From an uncultured Anaerolineales bacterium (GTDB taxonomy: Bacteria > Chloroflexota > Anaerolineae > Anaerolineales > UBA11858): a stretch of 64,000 nucleotides of DNA. Position numbers and translations under genes: made by a program. The notes beneath the pieces are model-generated. The model did no database searches and had not been told where the DNA came from. It saw only the letters and a list, made by a program, of their open reading frames with translations. Each line of letters begins with the position of its first letter. Within the stretch, counting starts at the first letter, position 1. The DNA is taken from assembly GCA_964627755.1 (NCBI GenBank), contig CAZVIH010000066.1, positions 10,501 through 74,500 on the forward strand. The letters are read 5' to 3'. This document shows positions 45,612 to 53,021 of the stretch, piece by piece.

Positions 45612-47444
45612 TTATGGATTGGCGCCGATTTCCAATTTTTGGATATCTTCCTGGGAATATAGCTGGAGCAGGGCTGTTTGCAGACTCATTCCCTGAGTGA
45701 ATGCGAAATATTGATAGCGTGATGCAGATTCGGAAAATTGCCAGAACGATTCTGCGGGGAATCTTTTCCAGCCGTATGCATCCGCTAATTCTGTAAAGTC
45801 AACCCAATAGCCATCCTGAATATCCTGGGATCTAGCTCCGCCATTTTCATAATTTGTATTGCTCCCGGAGTATCTGGCATCAAAACTCCAATCATAATCT
45901 TTGAGCGGTTTTCCTTGCAAGCCTTGTTGATTATTCGCACGAATATAGACCCGCCAATAGGTTTGATCCCGGTATTCTTCCTTCACCAGGACCAACCAGT
46001 TTGCCATCCTCGGGATATCGTCGATCGTGAATCCTCGACCAGTGAACAACCATTCCAGGCTTACTCCGGGAGTTTGTGGTTCATTGATTGGAACATAGGC
46101 ATTTTCCAGAGTGGACAGGAAATCCCATCCAGTTTCATCTCTTACGGTTTGACGGAGGGAAGAGAAGGAGCCAACAGCATCCTGGTTAAACCTCGGATTT
46201 GGTGCGACCAGATTTCTCAGTTGGATCAGATCCTTACTCTCTGCAGCCTGGTCAGCTGTGGTACCTTCGGCAGGATACCAGAGTGGAGTAGGTTCAGGGC
46301 CAGGATCTAGATTGGCCTGGTAAACAAAAGCAGGGGCTTTGCTCCAACTGATCCCCTCAATATGACCGGGTATTTTGACGGCTGGCATCATGACCTGGGA
46401 TGTTACCTTAAATCCCGGATAGGCAGTAAGGTAAGAATCATAAGGATCTTCCAGCACTGTATATAAGATCTCACCGTCTCCCGACCACAGCGGCCAGTCT
46501 CCGCTGCCTCTGAAAACAGGATCTTTTTGAGGGTCATTTGAATCCCAACTTACCAGGGAGTGATTTCCATCATCTGTGACAATCGACCAGGTTAGATATC
46601 TGCCATCCGGAGACCAGATGGGATGATTTACAGACAATCCAGGCAAATTGGTAATCGAGACGGATTTATCGTTTTCACTGGAATCCAGATCTGCGTACCA
46701 AACTTCCTGTAAACCATTTCTGGTGCTGATAAAACTAATCAATCGTCCTTGTTTGGACCAGTTTGGGGCATAATCCGCTCCTGGGTGGTTAGTTAGGGGA
46801 ATTTCCCCGCTGGTTCTATTGATATTCTGGAGGAGGATTTCCAGGTTATTCACCTGGTAACTTTCGTATGCCAGCCACTCTCCATCTGGCGACCAGGTTG
46901 GATTTCCATCGTAGGCATAAGTATCCGTAAACTGCTGGATTTCCCCAGTGGTCAAGTCCAGGATAAAAATATCCCAGGGACCATACCTGTTGGATGCAAA
47001 GGCCACCCGCGATCCATCTGGACTTACAGCGGGGGTGATATCTTTAAATGGCCCCGTGGTTATTCTTGTCAACGGCAGGGCGGCGTATCCAATTCCAGAC
47101 CAATCTTCCAGGAAAGGTTGGTAGGCAAAAAGATGGATATTCTTTCCTTCCCGGATCGATAGGATCAATGAGCCGAATTGGGATGGATATGCCAATAGAT
47201 CTGGATTGATATTTTCTGGCTGGGCGGTAGGGATTGGCGCGATTGTAACAATTGGCGTAACTGTCTGTGTCGGAGTGCTCTGGAGAGCTTCGGCCCGGTT
47301 ATTTTCAATCAGGGATCGAGTATCCGGGTAGAAAATAACCGCTGTGATAACCAGAATTATACCAATGACAATTATTATCAGATAAGAGAGGTATCCTGGT
47401 CTGGTTTCTTCTTTCTGGACCTGGTCTGAGTTGTTGTCCATCAT
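45612..47444 (-). CDS. membrane-anchored TolB-like PD40 beta-propeller protein with unknown C-terminal domain
   Basis: N-terminal TM helix. Repeated SPDG.(R/W/Y)(V/L)(A/T) and PD40-type blocks (SPDGSRVAFAS, WSPDGEWLAYES, WSPDGRYLTWS). Confidence 0.7.
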   Translation of the reverse strand: MMDNNSDQVQKEETRPGYLSYLIIIVIGIILVITAVIFYPDTRSLIENNRAEALQSTPTQTVTPIVTIAPIPTAQPENINPDLLAYPSQFGSLILSIREGKNIHLFAYQPFLEDWSGIGYAALPLTRITTGPFKDITPAVSPDGSRVAFASNRYGPWDIFILDLTTGEIQQFTDTYAYDGNPTWSPDGEWLAYESYQVNNLEILLQNINRTSGEIPLTNHPGADYAPNWSKQGRLISFISTRNGLQEVWYADLDSSENDKSVSITNLPGLSVNHPIWSPDGRYLTWSIVTDDGNHSLVSWDSNDPQKDPVFRGSGDWPLWSGDGEILYTVLEDPYDSYLTAYPGFKVTSQVMMPAVKIPGHIEGISWSKAPAFVYQANLDPGPEPTPLWYPAEGTTADQAAESKDLIQLRNLVAPNPRFNQDAVGSFSSLRQTVRDETGWDFLSTLENAYVPINEPQTPGVSLEWLFTGRGFTIDDIPRMANWLVLVKEEYRDQTYWRVYIRANNQQGLQGKPLKDYDWSFDARYSGSNTNYENGGARSQDIQDGYWVDFTELADAYGWKRFPAESFWQFSESASRYQYFAFTQGMSLQTALLQLYSQEDIQKLEIGANP

Positions 47445-47465
47445 AAATGAATCTCGGTAGATTAG

Positions 47466-48878
47466 TTAATTGATCCGCAACCAATTTGGAAAATAACTCT
47501 TCAGTCGCCCTTTTTGTACTTTTCCCCACCCCAGGGGGTTTCCAGATACTGCAAGGAGGATCCAGGAACCTGGTAAAAAATCATCTTCGGGGATCTTGAT
47601 TGGAGATCCCCGTTGATAGGCTGCTAAATCGGTATCACCTATCGAAAATTCTAACACTTTTTGAGCATCTACCCGCTTGATACCCATAGCAAGTGCAGGG
47701 CTGGGAATAAATTGATCTGCCTGGAAAGTACCCAGCCACCAGCCCCAATGGTGGACTTTAAGCCCTTCCAGAGATGGAGTTCCAGATGGGACCCAGTAGA
47801 GACGGTTCCCGTATACTGCTAATCCCCGGCTGGAAGGAGAAATCTCCCTGGTTCTGCTGGTCACAATCAGGTTATTTTCAAAGAATTTTTCATAAATCGA
47901 CATTTGTATCGGATCTATGGAGCAGTTGCTGTACTTTTCCGACAGAACAGATTTTAAGTCGGCTCCGGTCTTTTTCATTCTGGCGACAAAATGTCCCTCA
48001 CCGGTAGTGATATGAGGCCAGATGCGGATAGGTCTGGTAAGATCGACCGGATCCGAATCTGTCAACGGGATCCCTGGGGAAAATCCTGTTATTTGAGGTA
48101 TAGTTTCGAGATTGAAATCCGATAATTTATTCAGGAAGCGCAGGATCGTTCCTTCATTTTCCAGTTGGTTGAATGTGCAGGTAGAATAAACAAGAATTCC
48201 ACCCGGGCGAACTAATTTCCCGGCGAACCAGAGGATTTCATCCTGGATAAGAGCGATGCGTTGGCTAAGCTGAAGCGACCATTTTTTTATTTCTCCGGGA
48301 TGAACTCGGAATGTACCTTCTCCCGAGCAGGGTGCATCAACCAGCACCCGGTCGAAATAGTTCCCAAAACGGTCAACCAAGCGCTGGGGTGTTTCACTGA
48401 GGATCGAGATATTTCTCGCACCCCAACGTTCGATATTACGCCCCAGCGCTTGGACTCTGTGAGGGTTTGGATCGTTTGCGACAAGATATCCCTTACTTCT
48501 CATTCTGCTGGCGATCTGGGTTGTTTTCCCCCCGGGGGCGGCGCAGAGATCCAAGACTCTTTCACCTGGCTGTGGATCCAAAACTGATACAGGAACCATT
48601 GCTGAGGGTTCCTGGAGATAGTACATCCCGGCAGCATGAAAGGGATGTTTCCCCAATCCTTCGGCCCGGTGTACAAGATAGCCATTTTTTTCCCAAGGCA
48701 GGTTAGTATAATCCGCTGAGATTTCTTTTTTGAGGAGGTTAATTTCCGTTTTGTCGGGATTGATTCGCAGACCAGTGTAAAGAGGCGCGCTCTCCAGGGT
48801 TTGCCAGAATTGGGAAGCATCGTCTTTTAAGATTGAATCAATTGTGTTCAGATACTCTGGTGGGAGATTATTATTCAC
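47466..48878 (-). CDS. RsmB/RsmF-family rRNA cytosine-C5 methyltransferase
   Basis: SAM motif DLCAAPGGKT, catalytic DAPCSGEG and YSTCT. GTG start overlapping the upstream stop (GTGA). Confidence 0.85.
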   Translation of the reverse strand: MNNNLPPEYLNTIDSILKDDASQFWQTLESAPLYTGLRINPDKTEINLLKKEISADYTNLPWEKNGYLVHRAEGLGKHPFHAAGMYYLQEPSAMVPVSVLDPQPGERVLDLCAAPGGKTTQIASRMRSKGYLVANDPNPHRVQALGRNIERWGARNISILSETPQRLVDRFGNYFDRVLVDAPCSGEGTFRVHPGEIKKWSLQLSQRIALIQDEILWFAGKLVRPGGILVYSTCTFNQLENEGTILRFLNKLSDFNLETIPQITGFSPGIPLTDSDPVDLTRPIRIWPHITTGEGHFVARMKKTGADLKSVLSEKYSNCSIDPIQMSIYEKFFENNLIVTSRTREISPSSRGLAVYGNRLYWVPSGTPSLEGLKVHHWGWWLGTFQADQFIPSPALAMGIKRVDAQKVLEFSIGDTDLAAYQRGSPIKIPEDDFLPGSWILLAVSGNPLGWGKVQKGRLKSYFPNWLRIN

Positions 48879-49267
48879 AGGAGTGTAAAAGAACAGGAGC
48901 TGGATTTGATATTTGTTTGTTTTAATCTGACTTCCGGTCCTTCTTCCATGCCAGTTTCCTCTTCTATCAGTGAGAAAAGTTCCAGGGTCACTGTAAAATC
49001 GCCAGGTTGGTTTTTATTTGCTGGGAGATGAAGGGTGATTTCGTTGTCTGGACTGGTAATATTGACCATATTAGCAGTCACCAGGAGCTCATTTTCCTTA
49101 TTTGTTAACTTGATTCCTATGTTCTGCGCTGATGAAAAGGAAGATAAACGGAACAGGACTTTGATCCGGCGTTTATCAGGGTAGGGTTCTGTGGATATTT
49201 CAAGAATATCAGGTTCCTGGTTATCCGGCAGGATCTGATCGGGTTTTATGTATTGATGATCAAACAT
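48875..49267 (-). CDS. small hypothetical protein
   Basis: Start moved to ATG 49267, preceded by AGAGGTGGA. The track start at 49333 lies inside the degV terminator hairpin. Confidence 0.4.
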   Translation of the reverse strand: MFDHQYIKPDQILPDNQEPDILEISTEPYPDKRRIKVLFRLSSFSSAQNIGIKLTNKENELLVTANMVNITSPDNEITLHLPANKNQPGDFTVTLELFSLIEEETGMEEGPEVRLKQTNIKSSSCSFTLL

Positions 49268-49320
49268 GATCCAGTCCACCTCTTTGAATGACTCTCTGGA
49301 TAAGTGTACCATCCTGGAAA

Positions 49321-49357
49321 AGAAAAAGCCCAATCAGATGAACTGACTGGGCTTTTT
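49321..49357 (-). terminator. intrinsic terminator after degV
   Basis: AAAAAGCCCA (49323-49332) and TGGGCTTTTT (49348-49357). On the minus strand the GCCCA/TGGGC stem is followed by TTTTTCT. Confidence 0.55.
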
Positions 49358-49381
49358 AATCCTTGATATTTGGATCTGCAA

Positions 49382-50230
49382 TTAATTATCGTACATATAG
49401 GCTAATCCAACAGCTCCTGGTCCAGCATGCGTGCCAATTACGGGGCTAACTTCTGAGAAGACTTGTTCAACTGAAGGGATTCGTTTTACAGCTTCATCCA
49501 GCACAAATTGAGCTGTTTGGGGGTCGTTGGCGTGCAGTGTAGCCAGACGGATATTTTTGTGACCCCTGGTCCTTTCTTCGATAATGTCGATGATCGTCAT
49601 CAAGGCTTTTTTCTGGGTCCTGACAGAATCCAGGGGTACTATTTTTCCGCCTTCAATGGATAGAACCGGCTTTACATTCAATAAGGTGCCCATAAAACGT
49701 TTCGCACTTCCGATCCTGCCTCCCCTATGCAGGAACTCAAGTGTATCAAGGACAAAAATGACGCCACAGCGATTCATACTATCTTCAGTGAGGCGTTTGC
49801 ATTCTTCCAAAGATGCGCCCTGGTTAGCCGCTCTGGCGGCAGCCAGCACCTGGAAACCGAGAGCCATGGCCAGGGTCTGGGAATTGATAATTTCAATCTT
49901 TGCCTCTGGCAGCAGCTTTTTTGCCTGTGTGGCAGAAGAGATCGTACCAGAGAGATCCTCCGAGAGCAGGATTGCTAAAATTTCAAAGCCTTCCTGGTCG
50001 AGTTTTCTGAACAAGACCTCAAAATCAGCCACAGATGGCTGGGAGGTGCTGGGCATCACCTTGGCCTTATCCAGCCTTTGATAAAATTCAACTGGAGTGA
50101 TATCTACCCCGTCGTAAAAATTTTCATCACCCCATATCACTGTCAGGGGAACAACATGAATATGGTTTTCTTGGATGATTTCAGTGGGGATATAGGGGGA
50201 ACTATCGGTTACGATGGCAACTTTAGACAT
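49382..50230 (-). CDS. DegV-family fatty-acid-binding protein
   Basis: VAIVTDSS, STSQPS, EFLHRGGRIG and GTHAGPG blocks. AGGAGAGG SD. Confidence 0.9.
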   Translation of the reverse strand: MSKVAIVTDSSPYIPTEIIQENHIHVVPLTVIWGDENFYDGVDITPVEFYQRLDKAKVMPSTSQPSVADFEVLFRKLDQEGFEILAILLSEDLSGTISSATQAKKLLPEAKIEIINSQTLAMALGFQVLAAARAANQGASLEECKRLTEDSMNRCGVIFVLDTLEFLHRGGRIGSAKRFMGTLLNVKPVLSIEGGKIVPLDSVRTQKKALMTIIDIIEERTRGHKNIRLATLHANDPQTAQFVLDEAVKRIPSVEQVFSEVSPVIGTHAGPGAVGLAYMYDN

Positions 50231-50344
50231 AAAACCTCTCCTGCGGAAAAATGAATAATCCTTTTTAATTACGTAGATTACAACACTCTTCTCTGGGAGA
50301 GGATACGGTGTGCCAGTTAAGGACTGAACCCCAGGATCGCTGAA

Positions 50345-51193
50345 TTACAGACCGCGCATGAAAGCGATTGCCAGTGTGCCGGGACCAACATGGGTGCCAA
50401 TTGCTGGGCTTAATTCAGCTAAAAAAGTCTCGTCTGGTGAGAGGGCGTTTTCTGCATCTTCAAGGAGAGCCTGGGCTTGTTCGGGGACATTGGAATGGAA
50501 TACAGCCAGACGCAGTGGTTTTTCCCCGGCTGTTTTTTCCTCGACAAGTGAGATTAACCGTTCTAAAGCTCGTTTGTGGGTTCGAACTGATTCCACGGCT
50601 TCTATTAATCCACCATTCATTTCCAGGATCGGTTTAATGTTCAACATGGATCCTAGGAAGCGTTTCGCACCTCCTATTCTTCCACCCTTGTGGAGGAATT
50701 CGAGGGTGTCAACAGCAAAAACTACATTGGTTTGCTGCTGCGATTTGATAGCAACTTCCTTAACCTCTTCCAGGTTTCCGCCGGTTGCAGCTTTCCTGGC
50801 TGCTGCCAGCACATGAAGCCCGGTAGCCATGGCAGCTGTTTGGGAATCTATAACGACGATTCGGTCTGATCCAATTTCGCCCTTGGCTTGAAGAGCTGAA
50901 TTAACGGTTCCAGAAATACCGGATGAGATCAGGATCGCTATCACATCCTTACCTTCATTTAGAAGCTTTGAAAAAACCTCAACAAACTTAGCCTCAGGTG
51001 GTTGTGAAGTGCTGGGCAAGGATGGACTTTTCTCCAGTCGAGTATAAAACTGGGTGGGCGTGATATCAACCCCATCCGCAAAAGACGTTCCATCCCAAAT
51101 GACTTCTAAGGGAATGACTTTGATATCATACTCAGCGATCAACTCCGGCGGTAAATAAGCTGTACTATCAGTAACAATAGCGACTTTATTCAT
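50345..51193 (-). CDS. DegV-family fatty-acid-binding protein (tandem paralog)
   Basis: VAIVTDST, STSQPP, EFLHKGGRIG and GTHVGPG. True start is ATG 51193 (SD CAGGAGT). The track's 360-aa ORF reads through tRNA-Arg. Confidence 0.9.
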   Translation of the reverse strand: MNKVAIVTDSTAYLPPELIAEYDIKVIPLEVIWDGTSFADGVDITPTQFYTRLEKSPSLPSTSQPPEAKFVEVFSKLLNEGKDVIAILISSGISGTVNSALQAKGEIGSDRIVVIDSQTAAMATGLHVLAAARKAATGGNLEEVKEVAIKSQQQTNVVFAVDTLEFLHKGGRIGGAKRFLGSMLNIKPILEMNGGLIEAVESVRTHKRALERLISLVEEKTAGEKPLRLAVFHSNVPEQAQALLEDAENALSPDETFLAELSPAIGTHVGPGTLAIAFMRGL

Positions 51194-51287
51194 TTGATTT
51201 ACTCCTGACGATGATTTCTTGAGAAGAATAATGGGTTTTGTTGTCTTTTTCCCAAAAACGGAGCGAGAAATATCGCTCCGTTTATAG

Positions 51288-51361
51288 CACCCTCGGCGTG
51301 ACTCGAACACGCGACCCCTTACTCCGCAAGCAAGTGCTCTAATCCACTGAGCTACGAGGGC
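51288..51361 (-). tRNA. tRNA-Arg (anticodon GCG)
   Basis: Hand-folded. Acceptor GCCCTCG/CGAGGGT (G1-U72 wobble), D arm GCTC-AGTGGATTA-GAGC, anticodon arm CTTGC-TTGCGGA-GTAAG, variable loop GGGTC, T arm GCGTG-TTCGAGT-CACGC, discriminator G. No encoded CCA. Confidence 0.85.
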
Positions 51362-51377
51362 AAAATGATTGGAGATG

Positions 51378-51406
51378 ATTGTACAACATGGGTTAATAAA
51401 TGGCAA
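51378..51406 (-). promoter_or_regulatory. tRNA-Arg promoter (TTGCCA-17-TACAAT)
   Basis: On the minus strand, TTGCCA (51406-51401), 17-nt spacer, TACAAT (51383-51378), 16 nt before the tRNA 5' end. Same hexamers as the tRNA-Gln promoter. Confidence 0.55.
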
Positions 51407-51626
51407 TAGCATGAATAAATATGCCAATTAGATGGGGGTTCTGGCGAAATCATGATTGCTTATTTTTATTAGAATAATAAATTGTGAGAACCAGATTTTC
51501 TGGATATGATGAAGGTCATGTAATATCCATGAGCATGTACTTTCCCTTCTAGGAAAGGTTCTGATATGATTACTTGCGAGAGACGGGATAAGCCTAACTT
51601 TATCACTGTTTCCTCCTTTGGCGAAA

Positions 51627-51666
51627 GCCTCCTCAAGCGGAAAACTCTGGTTGAGGAGGCTTTTTT
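51627..51666 (+). terminator. strong orphan intrinsic terminator (no upstream + strand CDS)
   Basis: GCCTCCTCAA (51627-51636) and TTGAGGAGGC (51651-51660) form a perfect 10-bp stem, followed by T6. Confidence 0.75.
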
Positions 51667-51804
51667 CATTAAGGTTGTCCTAAGGCCAGGGTTCCTTGAT
51701 CTGTCTATAATATTTTTGTAAAAATCGTCCAGGGGGATAAATCAGGGAGCTATAATATCCCCTAAGGTTTATTGAGAAAATAACAGTTACTAAAAAAAGA
51801 TAAT

Positions 51805-51832
51805 TTGACAGTTAGATTTTCAATGATAGTCT
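51805..51832 (+). promoter_or_regulatory. htrA promoter (TTGACA-16-TGaTAGTCT)
   Basis: TTGACA at 51805-51810 and extended -10 TGATAGTCT at 51824-51832. AAAGGAAAAG SD before ATG 51858. Confidence 0.5.
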
Positions 51833-51857
51833 TCAATAGATCTGAAAGGAAAAGAGC

Positions 51858-52985
51858 ATGATAAATCGAAAAAAAATCACCATTGTTATAGTTGTCCTGG
51901 CCTTTGTTAGTTTGGCTTGCGTTTTTAATCCACTGACTCTCCTGCAGCAGCCTGCGGCTGTAAAGAACGATCAAATTGTGACAACGATTACCACCGCCGT
52001 TCTAGATAGCGGAGACCTTCCGGCTTTATATAGCGCTATCAATCCTGGTGTTGTTGCAATCCGGGCATTAACGGAAGAAGGGGGAGGATTGGGCACAGGA
52101 TTTGTCTGGGATGAAGAAGGTCATATTGTCACGAATTTCCACGTTGTTGAATCTGCGACTGATCTGGAAGTGGATTTCCCATCTGGATTTAAAACAAGGG
52201 CAGATGTTTTGGGTACTGATTCTGATACCGATCTGGCAGTGCTGGAGTTAAATCAGTTGCCCCCGGAATTGGTTGTTCTCACTCTGGGTGACAATCATGA
52301 TTTGGCTGTTGGACAATCTGTGATTGCCATTGGTAACCCCCGGGGATTAAATGGAACCATGACTCAAGGGATAATTTCCGCACTGGGCAGAACGCTGGAT
52401 TCTATGCATTTTGCTCCGGGGGGTGGTGCGTTTGCTACGGGTAATATTATCCAGACCGACGCAGCTATTAATCCCGGCAATTCTGGCGGACCATTGATCA
52501 ATCTCAACGGCGAAGTCATCGGAATCAATTCTGCCATTAGTACCAACAGTATTGATTTGAGCGGGCAGCCGATCAATTCCGGGTTGGGTTTTGCGATATC
52601 GATCGATACAGCAAAAAACGTTATTCCAGACTTGATTGAATTTGGCTTTCATGACTCTCCCTTTGTTGGCATTCAGGTCTTGAGTGAAGTCAGCTTATTT
52701 GTGCAGGAAGAGCTCGATCTGCCGCAATCTATAGGTGTCTACGTTCTGGAAGTGACTCCGGGGAGTCCGGCCGATCTGGCAGGGTTAAGGGGCGCAGATA
52801 GTGAAGGTGATATTCCTTTGGGTGGGGATATGATCATTGCCATTGATGACCAGGAAGTCCAAAATTTCGAGGATTTCATGGGATATCTGCTTACCTATAA
52901 AAAACCTGGAGACGACGTGGTTATCAGTCTCATCCGGGATGGTAAAGTCCTGGAATATGAGTTAACGCTTGGTTCACGGCCCTGA
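51858..52985 (+). CDS. htrA: HtrA/DegP-family serine protease with PDZ domain
   Basis: Triad context VTNFHVV, DLAVLEL, GNSGGPL. C-terminal PDZ (GSPADLAGLRG, GDMIIAID). Confidence 0.9.
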   Translation: MINRKKITIVIVVLAFVSLACVFNPLTLLQQPAAVKNDQIVTTITTAVLDSGDLPALYSAINPGVVAIRALTEEGGGLGTGFVWDEEGHIVTNFHVVESATDLEVDFPSGFKTRADVLGTDSDTDLAVLELNQLPPELVVLTLGDNHDLAVGQSVIAIGNPRGLNGTMTQGIISALGRTLDSMHFAPGGGAFATGNIIQTDAAINPGNSGGPLINLNGEVIGINSAISTNSIDLSGQPINSGLGFAISIDTAKNVIPDLIEFGFHDSPFVGIQVLSEVSLFVQEELDLPQSIGVYVLEVTPGSPADLAGLRGADSEGDIPLGGDMIIAIDDQEVQNFEDFMGYLLTYKKPGDDVVISLIRDGKVLEYELTLGSRP

Positions 52986-53021
52986 GAAAGGATCACTGCC
53001 ATAATCAGAAAATGGAAAAGA

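Noticed and set aside
50345-51427. 360-aa ORF in the track, suggesting a long DegV protein
   Set aside because: The first 78 codons read through the tRNA-Arg gene (51288-51361) and its flanks. A canonical DegV N-terminus (MNKVAIVTDS) with an SD starts at 51193.
51433-51460. GGGGGTTCTGGCGAAATC resembling the 5' end of tmRNA
   Set aside because: There is no tRNA-like T-arm or acceptor 3' end within the next 400 nt, and no tag reading frame or resume codon context. The downstream sequence ends in a plain intrinsic terminator after about 230 nt.
51469-51669. 66-aa minus-strand ORF in the tRNA-Arg/htrA spacer
   Set aside because: Its start codon and first codons are the complement of the terminator T-run and stem. 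It has no SD and no upstream gene or promoter on that strand. The region is better explained as a + strand noncoding transcript.
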